DNA from: Alphaproteobacteria bacterium
GTDB taxonomy: Bacteria > Pseudomonadota > Alphaproteobacteria > GCA-2731375
Length of the DNA stretch: 64,000 bases
NCBI GenBank assembly: GCA_965225945.1
Contig: CBDDBZ010000036.1
Location: forward strand, 320,001-384,000
Reading direction: 5' to 3'
Shown here piece after piece: positions 21,458-31,044 of the stretch. The notes under the pieces are model-generated. The model saw nothing but the letters and a program-made list of their open reading frames with translations, was not told where the DNA came from and searched no databases. Position numbers and translations under genes: made by a program. Positions within the stretch are counted from its first letter, which is position 1. The number at the start of each line of letters is the position of its first letter.

Positions 21458-22621
21458 GTGCCGTCGAGCCCCGACATCGTCTGGCCGAGCCGGCGAATCC
21501 AGGGTTTCATCGCCCATCTCCGCGCCAACGACTTCACCCTCGGGCCGGCGGAGACCGCCGAGGCCTCGGCCTTCCTGGCGCGGCTCGCCGCGCCGGACGA
21601 GGCCGCGACGCGCCTCGGCCTCCGGGCCATGCTGGCGGGCAATCGCGCCGAATGGGACCGCTTCGACGAGCTGTTCGAAGCCTATTGGCACGGACTGGGC
21701 CTGCGCACGGTCGAGCCCACGGGTGGCGAGGCCGGCCACAAGCGCCCGGCCATGTGGGATCGCGTGCTGCCGCCGCTGGATGGCGGGGCCACGTTGGGCG
21801 CCATGCCCGAGCCGGAGAAGCGCGCGGACGGCGAGGCGGCGGCGGGACACCTGGTCGCGAGCGAGCGAGACGGGTTGCGCCGAACCGACCTCCGCGCGCT
21901 CGCCGACGCCGCCACCATCGCCGAGGCGGAGCGGATCGCCGAGGCCCTGGCGCGGGCCATGCGCTACCGTTTGAGCCGGCGAAGGCGGGCGGCCCACAAG
22001 GGCGGGGGAATCGACCTCAGGCGGACCATCCGCCGCAATATGAGCCGAGGCGCCGAGCCATTGGAGCTGGTCCGCCGGCGGCGCCCGGACCGGCCGGTCC
22101 ATCTGGTCGTCCTGCTCGACGTTTCGGGCTCGATGAAGCTTTACAGCCGCTATTTTCTGTTGTTCGTCCGCGGCCTCGTCTGTCGCTGGCTGCGGGCCGA
22201 TGCCTATCTCTTCCACACGCGCCTGGTGCGTGTCACCGACGGCTTGAGGGAACCCGATCCGTTGAAGGCACTGGCGCGCCTCTCGTTGATGACCCAGGGC
22301 TTCGGCGGCGGCACCCACATCGCGCGCTCTCTTCGGGTCTTCAACGAGCGTTACGCCAAGCAGGCGCTCGATAGCCGCGCGATCGTCATCATCATGAGCG
22401 ATGGCTACGACACCGATCCGCCCGAGGCGCTGGCGGGCGAGCTGAAGCGCCTGAAGCTGCGCGCGCGGCGCCTGGTCTGGCTCAACCCGCTGCTGGGCTG
22501 GAAGGATTACCAGCCGGTGGCGCGCGCCATGGCGGCGGCGCTGCCCCATATCGATCATTTCGCGGCGGCGGCGACGCTCGATGATTTGGCCGCGCTGGAG
22601 GACGATCTGGCGCGGCTTTGA
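21458..22621 (+). CDS. coxE: VWA-domain protein CoxE
   Basis: DVSGSM MIDAS, GGGT.I, SDGYDT, WLNPL. Confidence 0.88.
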   Translation: MPSSPDIVWPSRRIQGFIAHLRANDFTLGPAETAEASAFLARLAAPDEAATRLGLRAMLAGNRAEWDRFDELFEAYWHGLGLRTVEPTGGEAGHKRPAMWDRVLPPLDGGATLGAMPEPEKRADGEAAAGHLVASERDGLRRTDLRALADAATIAEAERIAEALARAMRYRLSRRRRAAHKGGGIDLRRTIRRNMSRGAEPLELVRRRRPDRPVHLVVLLDVSGSMKLYSRYFLLFVRGLVCRWLRADAYLFHTRLVRVTDGLREPDPLKALARLSLMTQGFGGGTHIARSLRVFNERYAKQALDSRAIVIIMSDGYDTDPPEALAGELKRLKLRARRLVWLNPLLGWKDYQPVARAMAAALPHIDHFAAAATLDDLAALEDDLARL

Positions 22622-22742
22622 TTCACCTGGCGGGCCGGAAGAATAGGGGCCAGGGGCGGCCCGGTGCGATTCCATGTGGAGCGTCGAGAAACTGTATACT
22701 GTCGCCGGCCATCGGAAGGGAAATGCGATGAAACCCCTCAGG

Positions 22743-23825
22743 CTAGTGTACCGACTCTAACGCCTGTCGCCCACGAGCGACTTTTTCGAGTATGGCGGTG
22801 GCGGAAGCGGTCCATACGAAGGGTTTTGGATCGGCATTGTGGTGCTCGAGGTATTCCTGAATGGCTGTTTCGAGTTCGGCGACGCTCTTGAACACGCCGC
22901 AACGGATTTGATCGCTGGTGATCAGGCCGAAGAAGCGTTCGACCTGGCTGAGCCAGGAGGCGGATGTCGGAGTGAAGTGCATATGGAAGCGAGGATGTTT
23001 TGCCAACCACGCCTTGACCTTGGGATGCTTGTGGGTGGCGTAGTTGTCGGCGATCAGATGCAGGTCGAGCTTCTTGGGCGTCTCGGCGTCGATACGGCGC
23101 AGGAATTTCAGCCATTCCTGATGGCGGTGCCGCTTCATGCAGTGGCCGATGACCTTGCCGGTGGCGACGTCGAGCGCGGCGAACAATGTCGTCGTGCCGT
23201 GGCGCTTGTAGTCATGCGTCATGGTGCCGGCTCGGCCCTTCTTGATCGGCAAGCCGGGCTGTGTGCGGTCGAGCGCCTGGATCTGGCTCTTCTCGTCGAC
23301 CGAGAGAACCAGCGCCTTGTCCGGCGGATCGAGATAGAGACCGACGATATCGCGCACCTTCTCGACGAAGTGCTCGTCATTCGACAGCTTGAAGGTCTTC
23401 ACCAGGTGCGGCTTGAGGCCGTGCGCCTTCCAGACCCGCTGCACGCTGGTGTAGCTGAGGCCGACGGCACGGGCCATCTTGCGGATGCTCCAATGCGTCG
23501 CCGCCTCCGGCGTCTCGTGCAAGGTCTTATGCACAACCCGCTCGATCACCTCGGCGCTCAGCGGCGGCTTGCGTCCCGGTCGCGTCGCATCGCGGCGCAG
23601 TCCGGCGATGCCTTTGGCAAGGTAGCGCTCCTGCCAGCGCCACACCGTCACCTTACTTTTGCCGACCAACCGGACGATCGTCATCGTGCCGATCCCGTCA
23701 GCCGACAGCAACACGATCCGTGCCCGCCAAACCAGCTTCTGCGGCGTGTTCCGCCCAGAAACCAACCCTTCCAGCGTCGCCCGCTCCGCGGGAGACAGCC
23801 AGATGAATGCCAATGTCTTCGTCAT
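22743..23825 (-). CDS. IS630 transposase
   Basis: SVDEKSQIQAL, HDYKRHGTTTLFAAL, DNYATHK, SWL.QVERFF, KPFVW. Confidence 0.92.
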   Translation of the reverse strand: MTKTLAFIWLSPAERATLEGLVSGRNTPQKLVWRARIVLLSADGIGTMTIVRLVGKSKVTVWRWQERYLAKGIAGLRRDATRPGRKPPLSAEVIERVVHKTLHETPEAATHWSIRKMARAVGLSYTSVQRVWKAHGLKPHLVKTFKLSNDEHFVEKVRDIVGLYLDPPDKALVLSVDEKSQIQALDRTQPGLPIKKGRAGTMTHDYKRHGTTTLFAALDVATGKVIGHCMKRHRHQEWLKFLRRIDAETPKKLDLHLIADNYATHKHPKVKAWLAKHPRFHMHFTPTSASWLSQVERFFGLITSDQIRCGVFKSVAELETAIQEYLEHHNADPKPFVWTASATAILEKVARGRQALESVH

Positions 23826-23885
23826 TCCCCCAGAATCGCAGAACGCAAGCCCTTTGGGAAACTTTTGTTAGGATCGGAACACTAG
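22743..23885 (-). mobile_element. IS630-family element
   Basis: Ends CTAGTGTACCGACTCTAA and TTAGGATCGGAACACTAG (imperfect TIR, CTAG at both ends). Confidence 0.88.
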
Positions 23886-24025
23886 TGGCTATAATCGAGG
23901 CGCCGAATGATGCGGCCGTCGCTAAGGTGGCGCTCAAGCTGGGCGCCGCTGGCAACGTCAAGACCGTCACACTGCGGGCCTTCGATGAAGCGGAGTATCG
24001 CGACATCGTTGCCGGCCTCGACTGA
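23886..24025 (+). pseudogene. C-terminal fragment of a GYD-domain protein cut by IS630
   Basis: IIEAPNDAAVAKVALKLGAAGNVKTVTLRAF; no N-terminus recognisable on the other side of the IS. Confidence 0.6.
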
Positions 24026-24399
24026 CGTTGGTGGCGCTTCAGGTGCTCATGGAAGTGCTTCACCGTGAAATCCCAGTAGCGGGTACGGTATTCCTCGATC
24101 ACCCAGGCGACTTGGTCCACCGGCGCGCCGAGGCCCGGCCCAGGCGGCGGTCCACCAGGCCCTCCGCTCCCTCCGCCTCGTAGCGGTCGCGAAGTCGGCG
24201 GAAATGGCGCTCCAATACCCCCAAGACCTCCGCCACCTCGGCGCAACTCGACCGACCGGTCCGGTATTGCCCGATCGCCTCGATGATCCGTGCCATGCGC
24301 ATCTCCGGTAACAGCCAATACCTCCGGCTCCTTGGAACAATTCAAGAAACCGGACATATCGCGTGCCACACATTCCGGACATACCGCGTGCTACTGACA
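24026..24399 (-). mobile_element. Truncated IS1202-like (ISNCY) remnant
   Basis: TGTCAGTAGCACGCG end with two repeated CCGGACATA.CGCGTGC sites; frameshifted HTH N-terminus (ERHFRRLRDRYEAEG.EGLVDRR; DFTVKHFHEHL). Confidence 0.6.
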
Positions 24400-24570
24400 G
24401 CGCGGTCTCGCGATATCCTTCGGCTTGGGAGAGACAGCCGATGCGCTACCTCGTTGCGGTCGCACTGGCCGTTATGCTGGCGCTTGAGTCGGACCCGATT
24501 CCCTTGGACACAGAATTGGTTTAATCGAAGTGTCCAGGCGCTGCCGGTGGTCGCGCAGGAGGACCGGAAC

Positions 24571-24981
24571 ATGACCGACAATTTTGAAAACAAAGTTGCT
24601 GTTGATGGGCCTGTGGTAAACGAGGGCGAGCTTGGCTCGTCCACGTTTTCCCCGGGCCAGGTTTCGCCGGCAGGCCCGCTGGGACTTGGCCAGCGGTGGA
24701 CGGTGACGCGCAAGCGTGAGGTTGCCCTGCGGCTTTTGCGTGGCGAGCCGGTGGAACTTTTGTCGCGGCAGTTGGGCGTGGAGATTTTCCGGCTCGAGCA
24801 GTGGCGTGAGAAGGCGATCGCCGGGATCGATGCCTCGCTCAAGGAACGCAAGGGCGATCCGGTAAAGGCGGAACTGGACATCGCCATGAAGCGGATCGGG
24901 GAGTTGATCATGCAGGTGGAACTGCTGGAGGCCAAGACGGAGACGTCCGGCCCTTTGGGGCGGCGGAGGTCGCGGCGATGA
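24571..24981 (+). CDS. IS OrfA (HTH DNA-binding)
   Basis: RWTVTRKREVALRLLRGE..E.LSR.LGV HTH; ATGA overlap with orfB. Confidence 0.8.
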   Translation: MTDNFENKVAVDGPVVNEGELGSSTFSPGQVSPAGPLGLGQRWTVTRKREVALRLLRGEPVELLSRQLGVEIFRLEQWREKAIAGIDASLKERKGDPVKAELDIAMKRIGELIMQVELLEAKTETSGPLGRRRSRR

Positions 24982-25889
24982 GTGCCGCCACCTCTCCCGG
25001 CACGGGTTTGGCCTACGGCCTCCAGCGGGTCTGTGCGGCCTGGGGTTTTGCCCGTTCCTCGTTCTACGCCATGAAATCCCGGCAGCAGGCCACCGCTGAG
25101 CGCCCACCAGCAAAGCGCCGGGGACCGAAGCCCTCGATCTCGGACGAGGCTCTGCTGGTGGCCATCGAGGCCGACCTGGAGGCATCCCCCTGGGAGGGCG
25201 AGGGACACCGCAAGGTCTGGGCTCGGCTTCGGGTCTGTCGTGGCATCCGTGTTTCCCGCAAGCGGGTGCTCCGGGTGATGCGCGAGAACAACCTGCTCTC
25301 GCCCCATCGCTGCCGCCGCCGTGGCGGAAATCCCCATGTCGGTGAGATCATCACCCATGCCCCCAACCTCATGTGGGGCACGGACGGCGTTCGGGTGTTC
25401 ACGGTGGACGACGGCTGGGGCTGGATATTCACCGCCATCGAGCATTGGAACGCCGAGTGCGTCGGCTGGCATGTGTGCAAGCGAGGCGACCGCTTCGCCG
25501 CCCTTCAGCCGATCTCCATGGGGCTTGCGAGGCTGTATGCCTCGACCTCCGCCGGTGCGGCGCGGGGGCTGGCCTTGCGGATGGATCACGGCTCCCAGTA
25601 TCTGTCGGACCACTTCACCAACCAGATCAAGTTCTGGGGCATCCAGCCGTCCTACGCCTTCGTCGAACAGCCCCAGACCAACGGCGTCGCCGAGAGGTTC
25701 AATCGCACGCTCAAGGAACAGATCATCCATGGCCGCATCTACCGCAACATCGCGGAGCTGCGGAACGCCGTCCGCGGGTTCGTCGAACAGTACAATGCCC
25801 AGTGGATCGTGGAGAAGAACGGCTACCTGAGCCCCGCTCAAGCTCGTCAGGCGTGGCACACCGCGATGTCACTCAGGCCCGCCGCATGA
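24978..25889 (+). CDS. IS OrfB, integrase-core (rve) transposase
   Basis: W.TD, DHGSQY, NG.AERFNRTLKE DDE motifs. Confidence 0.88.
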   Translation: MSAATSPGTGLAYGLQRVCAAWGFARSSFYAMKSRQQATAERPPAKRRGPKPSISDEALLVAIEADLEASPWEGEGHRKVWARLRVCRGIRVSRKRVLRVMRENNLLSPHRCRRRGGNPHVGEIITHAPNLMWGTDGVRVFTVDDGWGWIFTAIEHWNAECVGWHVCKRGDRFAALQPISMGLARLYASTSAGAARGLALRMDHGSQYLSDHFTNQIKFWGIQPSYAFVEQPQTNGVAERFNRTLKEQIIHGRIYRNIAELRNAVRGFVEQYNAQWIVEKNGYLSPAQARQAWHTAMSLRPAA

Positions 25890-26564
25890 GACAAACTTGT
25901 GTCCAAGGAACCGGGTGCGATACAGTTATGCTGGCGCTTCCAGTGACGGCGCTGAACTTCCATAAGGGCTGGGCGGCATACAAGCGCGGCGACCCCGCGA
26001 CGGCGTTGCGTGAGCGGCGTCCGCTTGCTGAGTGGGGGCACGCCGAGACCCAGTACAACCTCGGCTTCATGTACGCCAATGGCGAGAAGGGCGTCTCTCG
26101 GGGCTACGCCGAGGCGCTGCCGGTGGTCGCGCAGGACTTCAATAGGGGCTTGGAGGCGTACAATCGTAAGAACTACGCGGCGGCGCTAGAAGAATTGGTT
26201 GCCGCTCGCTGAAAATGGTCATGCAAGGACACAGCACGACGTCGGCCGAATGTACTTCTTGGATTATGGAGTATCGCGGAACGCCGTGAAAGCCTACATG
26301 TGGGTGTACCTCGCGGGAACGCTAGAGGCGAAGTGGAAGTTGCATCTCGCTACCGTTGCCTCTCCGATGACCCCCGCCCAGATCGCCGAAGCCCAGCGCC
26401 TCGCCCGCGAGTGGATGGAGAAGCACGGGAAGTAGGTCCGACGCGTCGTCACCTTGCATTGGGACGAGATGCATCGAGCTTCATATGGCTGATGTAACTC
26501 GGTGCCGCTGGCCCTATATTTCATTTAGATCGGCAACCTGCCTTCCGCAGGCTCCAGGAGAGGA

Positions 26565-26933
26565 ATGATGAAACGGCTCGCATCGACGTTTCTCGCCATA
26601 CTCACTGCGCTCGTTCTCTCGGCCGGACTTGCACTGGCCGCCCCTGGCGGCAAGGGGAACGGCGGCGTCGGACAGGGCAAGGGACAAGGGGCCAAGAACG
26701 GCAGTGGCTGGGGTGTAGGCGGCATCCCCGGCAGCAGAGGCCGCGGCCAGGGTAGGGGTAGGGCTGCGCGGACGAACGAGTCTCGCGCGATCCTGAACGA
26801 GAGGGGCAATGGTGAAGGCAGAGGTCGGGCTGCGCGGCCAAGCGAAACCCGCGTGGCTCTAGAAGAGCAGGACCAGACCATTAGGCTAGACACCTCACGT
26901 TCGACGGGCGGGCGGAACGACTCAAGACAATAG
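26565..26933 (+). CDS. Small secreted Gly/Arg-rich hypothetical protein
   Basis: RBS AGGAGAGG; signal peptide ending ALA; low-complexity GKG/GQG/GRG. Confidence 0.55.
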   Translation: MMKRLASTFLAILTALVLSAGLALAAPGGKGNGGVGQGKGQGAKNGSGWGVGGIPGSRGRGQGRGRAARTNESRAILNERGNGEGRGRAARPSETRVALEEQDQTIRLDTSRSTGGRNDSRQ

Positions 26934-26949
26934 CGGTCACCGGATTTGC

Positions 26950-27090
26950 AACGAGCCCGCCTTCGACGTCTTCGAGGGTGCGGAGCAAGTCGCCCTGCCC
27001 CTCGTCATCGACCTCAACGTCAACCGCCGGCACCTGGACGAGAGCCAGCGGGCGATGGTGCGGCGGAACTGGCAACGATGCAGTAAGGGG
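26950..27090 (+). pseudogene. Fragment of a phage/plasmid ParB-like protein
   Basis: Manual translation LVIDLNVNRRHLDESQRAMV, then frameshift and stop. Confidence 0.5.
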
Positions 27091-27316
27091 GGGCGTCGCC
27101 GATCCGATCAAGCGGAAAGTTTTCCGCTCTTCACGTCCTGCGGCTGACGCACGGCGACACGGCCGGTTCCCCGAGTAGGGGGCCCGCCGGCGGGGGCTTT
27201 CCGGTAGCTTCGCCTGGAGGCCAGGAATAATCCTCCGCCGGAAGCCTTCCGCCGACGGGTCGTGACGCCGGGGAGCGTCATCTCGTGGACCCCCCAGGGG
27301 CGGGAGGCGGGTCGCG

Positions 27317-27844
27317 TCAGCGGTTGACGATCTGCCAGCTCCCGTCGGGCTGCAGGCAAGCGGTGCCATAGGCCTCTTCCTGCCGGCCGCCGATGACCAC
27401 GCTGTGGTGGTATTCGCGGCACTGCCGCCCGGTGCTCGAGACGCCTTCGCGCACCGGCGTCACCGTGCCGTAGTTGCCGCTTTCGGGGTTGCGCCAAGAG
27501 ATCGTCTCGTTGACCGGCGCCTGGTGGGCCTCGTCCTGCGCCCGGGTGACGGCACGCCGATCGGCCCGGTCGAGCGAACGGCCGATCGAATTGCCGAGCA
27601 TGGCGCCGAGAAAGACGCCGGCGGCGGTGGCGGCGAGCCGGCCCCGGCCGCTGCCGAACTGGGCGCCCAACAGGCCACCGCCGGCGGCGCCCAGGATGGT
27701 TCCGACGCCCTGCTTGGGGCCACCCTCGGTGACGCAGCCGGTCAGCATCAAGGCGGCGAGCGCGGTTGCCAGCAGCGCCGCCGCCCGGCCCCCGGCACGC
27801 CGCGTCGCGGTCTTCGTTTCGTTCTGGATGTCATGGTTCGACAC
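27317..27844 (-). CDS. 17-kDa surface antigen-like lipoprotein (RT0821/Lpp0805, glycine zipper)
   Basis: Lipobox LTGC; glycine zipper; WRNPESGNYG.VTP, CREY, YGTAC.QPDGSW. Confidence 0.88.
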   Translation of the reverse strand: MSNHDIQNETKTATRRAGGRAAALLATALAALMLTGCVTEGGPKQGVGTILGAAGGGLLGAQFGSGRGRLAATAAGVFLGAMLGNSIGRSLDRADRRAVTRAQDEAHQAPVNETISWRNPESGNYGTVTPVREGVSSTGRQCREYHHSVVIGGRQEEAYGTACLQPDGSWQIVNR

Positions 27845-28126
27845 GGTGCTTTCCTTCCCCGGACGTCGTTCGTCGGAATCGATGGTGGGGGTTTGCCAGG
27901 CACCGCCTGAACCCAATCTGAGGCCCCGTTCACCCAGCGATTCGATCCCCGAAACTGTCGCACGCCCCAACACCGAGGGCAATGGCGCCGGTCGCGTCGA
28001 GGCCCCGAGGGGAGGGCGTAAATGGGATACCGTCCGAAGTTTCCCTTTGGGTTCCGCTTGAGCTAGACTCTCGGAAACTGCCGGTCGTACCCTAGCCATA
28101 GACTCAAACCCTTCAAGGTGATCCCC

Positions 28127-28459
28127 ATGTCAAAACAACAAGCAAAATTCCAAGTCGGGCAAATAATTCACCACAAGATGTTTGACTACACCGGGGCCGT
28201 TTTCGATGTCGATCCGACATTTCAAGGGACAGATGAATGGTACGAACAAGTCGCTCGCTCACGCCCCCCGAAGGACAAACCGTGGTATCACGTGCTAGTG
28301 AATGAAGCGACTCATACGACCTATGTCGCTGAGCAGAACCTAGCGCCTGCGGAAGCACCTCAGAGAATCGTGCACCCGCTTGCTGACAGGCTATTTAGTG
28401 ATTTCAATGGAGAGCCGAACCTATGGAAATTATTCCGTGGCCGCAGCAGCGCTCATTAG
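28127..28459 (+). CDS. hspQ: Heat shock protein HspQ
   Basis: AKF.VGQII.H..F.Y.G..FDVDP.F, PWYHVLV, TYVAEQNL. Confidence 0.88.
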   Translation: MSKQQAKFQVGQIIHHKMFDYTGAVFDVDPTFQGTDEWYEQVARSRPPKDKPWYHVLVNEATHTTYVAEQNLAPAEAPQRIVHPLADRLFSDFNGEPNLWKLFRGRSSAH

Positions 28460-28575
28460 CCCTTTGCTCGGGTCCGCCTTCATGGCTTCGAGGCCTATCA
28501 TCGAATAGTTTATGCACAGCCTACACCCACTAGGGCTACGAATGGGCGCTCAAACCGGATATAGGGGAGCGCGCC

Positions 28576-28944
28576 ATGGATGTTCTCGACCGCGCCGATC
28601 TCCCATTCCCGCATTCGCTACCCGAGTTCCAGCGACTTTTCCCCGATGATGCGGCCTGCGCCGCCTACCTGGAGAAAGCCCGCTGGGGAGACGGCTTTGC
28701 CTGCCCGCACTGCGGCACGGCGGGAGAGCCGTTCCACTTTGAAAACCGCCCTGGCGTCCTGCGCTGCCGCAAGTGCCGCCAGAACACCGGGCTGACGGTG
28801 GGAACAGTGATGGAGCGTAGCCACACTCCGCTGAACGTCTGGTTCTGGGCCGCTTATCTGGTCGCCAGTCAGACGCCCGGCATGTCCGCCGTGCAGTTTC
28901 AGCGGCAACTTGGTCTTTCGCGCTACGAGACGGCCTTTCAAATT
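28576..28944 (+). pseudogene. 5' part of an IS1595-family transposase truncated by a second IS1595
   Basis: EFQRLFPDDAAC..YL...RW..GF.CP.C...C.KC zinc ribbon and HTH; DDE domain absent. Confidence 0.8.
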
Positions 28945-29969
28945 GGCTCAATTCGTGAATTGTATGCATTAGTGATAGAGTGCCTGGAACGTCAGGAGGT
29001 TGGGTTATGGACGGCAAGGGTTTCCAGGTGTGGCTTTCGGCGGCGCGCGGGCTGACGCGCGCGCAGCGGCGCGAGGCGCTCGCGGTGCTGTCGGGCCGGA
29101 GCGAGGGCGAGGCATCGAAGGCCGCGATCGAGCTTGGTGTGGACGAGGCCCGGCGCTGTCCGCACTGCGCGAGCGAAGGGGCGGTTTCGCGCGGTATGGC
29201 GCGGGGTCTGCGGCGCTACCAGTGCAAGGGCTGCGGCAGGACCTTCAACGCGCTGAGCGGTACGCCGCTGTCGGGCTTGCACCACAAGGAACGCTGGCTG
29301 TCGTTCGGGGCGTCGCTGGCGAAGGGGGAGACGGTGAAGGCCTCGGCGGCGCGCTGCGACGTGGCGGTGAGCACGGCGTTCCGCTGGCGTCACCGGTTTC
29401 TGGCGGCGGCGCGGAGCGATTCGGAGGTGCTCAAGGGGATCGTGGAAGCGGACGAGACCTACGTCCTGGAGAGCCGGAAGGGCGCGCGCGGGCTGGGGCG
29501 CAAGGCACGGCGGCGGGGCGGCAAGGCGAAGAAGCGCGGCCTCTCGCGCGAGCAGGTACCGGTTCTCATGGCGGCGGACCGGAGCGGAACGACGGTCAGC
29601 GCGGTGCTGCCCAGGGTCGATGCGGCGGCGCTCACGGCTGCCCTCGACCCGGTGGTCGCGAAGGACGCCCTGCTGGTCTCCGACGGCGGCGCGAGCTACC
29701 CACCGTGCGCCGCCGCGCTCGGGGTGAGCCACGAAGCACTCAACCGCTCGATGGGGGAACGGGTTCGGGGCGATCTGCATGTGCAGACGGTGAACAGCCG
29801 CCACAGCCGGTTGAAGGACTTCCTGCGTCCCCGCCGCGGCATCGCCACCCGCTATCTGGACAACTACCTGAGCTGGTTCCACCTCGTCGGCCTCGCCCCC
29901 GGCGCCAATGACCGAGCCTGCCTCGCCGCCGCCGTAACAAGGTGACGCATACAATTCACGAATTGAGCC
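28945..29969 (+). mobile_element. IS1595-family element with perfect 23-bp TIRs
   Basis: GGCTCAATTCGTGAATTGTATGC at 28945-28967 and its exact inverse at 29947-29969. Confidence 0.9.
29007..29945 (+). CDS. IS1595 transposase
   Basis: CPHC..C..C zinc ribbon, GIVEADETY, VSDG, VNSRHSRLK, GIATRYL.NYL.W. Confidence 0.9.
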   Translation: MDGKGFQVWLSAARGLTRAQRREALAVLSGRSEGEASKAAIELGVDEARRCPHCASEGAVSRGMARGLRRYQCKGCGRTFNALSGTPLSGLHHKERWLSFGASLAKGETVKASAARCDVAVSTAFRWRHRFLAAARSDSEVLKGIVEADETYVLESRKGARGLGRKARRRGGKAKKRGLSREQVPVLMAADRSGTTVSAVLPRVDAAALTAALDPVVAKDALLVSDGGASYPPCAAALGVSHEALNRSMGERVRGDLHVQTVNSRHSRLKDFLRPRRGIATRYLDNYLSWFHLVGLAPGANDRACLAAAVTR

Positions 29970-30096
29970 AAATTTTAACCATGTTTTGCCGGCGGCGCGC
30001 CGGGATCGGCGTCGTCGCCGCTCGCGAGTGACGATCGCGCTCGGATGCTCGACGTGCCGTCGGTAACTCGGCGCGGAAGACCTTCGCGCTCGCGGC

Positions 30097-31044
30097 TCAG
30101 GCCGGCGGCAGCTTCTCCAGCGCTTCCTTCAGCTCCGGTATCGCCTTGAAGAGGTCGGCCACCAGACCAAAATCGGCGACCTGGAAGATCGGTGCCTCCT
30201 CGTCCTTGTTGATGGCGACGATCACCTTGGAGTCCTTCATGCCCGCGAGGTGCTGAATCGCGCCCGAAATGCCGACCGCGATATAGAGTTCCGGCGCCAC
30301 CACCTTGCCGGTCTGGCCGACCTGAAACTCGTTCGCCACGTAGCCGGCGTCGACCGCGGCCCGGCTGGCGCCGACGGCGGCGCCGAGCGCGTCGGCGACC
30401 TCGAACAGCATCGGAAAATTGTCGCCCGACTGCATGCCCCGCCCGCCCGAGATGATGACCCGGGCCGAGGTCAGCTCCGGGCGCTCGCTGCTCGAGAGCT
30501 CGTTCTTGAGAAATCGGGAAATGCCGGGATCGTCGGCCGCGCTCACCGCCTCGATCGGGGCCGAGCCGCCTTCGAGCTCGGCCTTGGCGAAGGTCGTGGT
30601 GCGGACGGTGAGGATTTTGATCGGATCGTCCGAGCGGACCGTCGCCATGGCGTTGCCGGCGTAGATCGGGCGGACGAAGGTGTCGGGCGAGAGCACCTCG
30701 GTGATGTCGGAAATCTGGCTGACGTCGAGCAGCGCGGCGAGCCTGGGCATGAAGTTCTTGCCGTCGGTATTGGCCACCGCGAGGACCGCCGCATACTCGC
30801 CCGAGAGGGCGCGCAAGAGCTCCGCCATCGGCTCGGCCAACAGCTCTGCGTAAAGCGGAGCATCGGCGACGCGCACCTTGGCGACGCCCTGGACGGCGGC
30901 GGCGGCCTGGGCCACGGCCCCGAGGCCGGCGCCGGCGACCAGCAGATGCACGTCGGAATCGATCTCGGCCGCGGCCGTCACGACGCTCGCGGTCCCCGGC
31001 TTCAGTTCACCATTTTCGTGATCGGCGACGACGAGGACGCTCAT
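30097..31044 (-). CDS. etfA: Electron transfer flavoprotein alpha subunit
   Basis: [54 protein letters not shown]. Confidence 0.96.
   Translation of the reverse strand: MSVLVVADHENGELKPGTASVVTAAAEIDSDVHLLVAGAGLGAVAQAAAAVQGVAKVRVADAPLYAELLAEPMAELLRALSGEYAAVLAVANTDGKNFMPRLAALLDVSQISDITEVLSPDTFVRPIYAGNAMATVRSDDPIKILTVRTTTFAKAELEGGSAPIEAVSAADDPGISRFLKNELSSSERPELTSARVIISGGRGMQSGDNFPMLFEVADALGAAVGASRAAVDAGYVANEFQVGQTGKVVAPELYIAVGISGAIQHLAGMKDSKVIVAINKDEEAPIFQVADFGLVADLFKAIPELKEALEKLPPA

Larger units (their letters stand above)
24485..25924 (+). mobile_element. Two-ORF DDE IS (IS3/IS481-like, TG..CA ends), copy 1, 14-bp TSD GTTATGCTGGCGCT
   Basis: Imperfect TIRs TGAGTCGGACCC...CCTTGGACAC and GTGTCCAAGG...GGTGCGATACA; direct repeats at 24471-24484 and 25925-25938. 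Confidence 0.9.
24441..26435 (+). pseudogene. Sel1-repeat secreted protein, IS-interrupted, chimeric and frameshifted
   Basis: MRYLVAVALAVMLA|IS|LPVTA..AAYKRGD.ATAL...PLAE.G..E.QYNLGFMY.NG; frameshift near 26198; C-terminal MTPAQIAEAQRLAREW. Confidence 0.8.
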
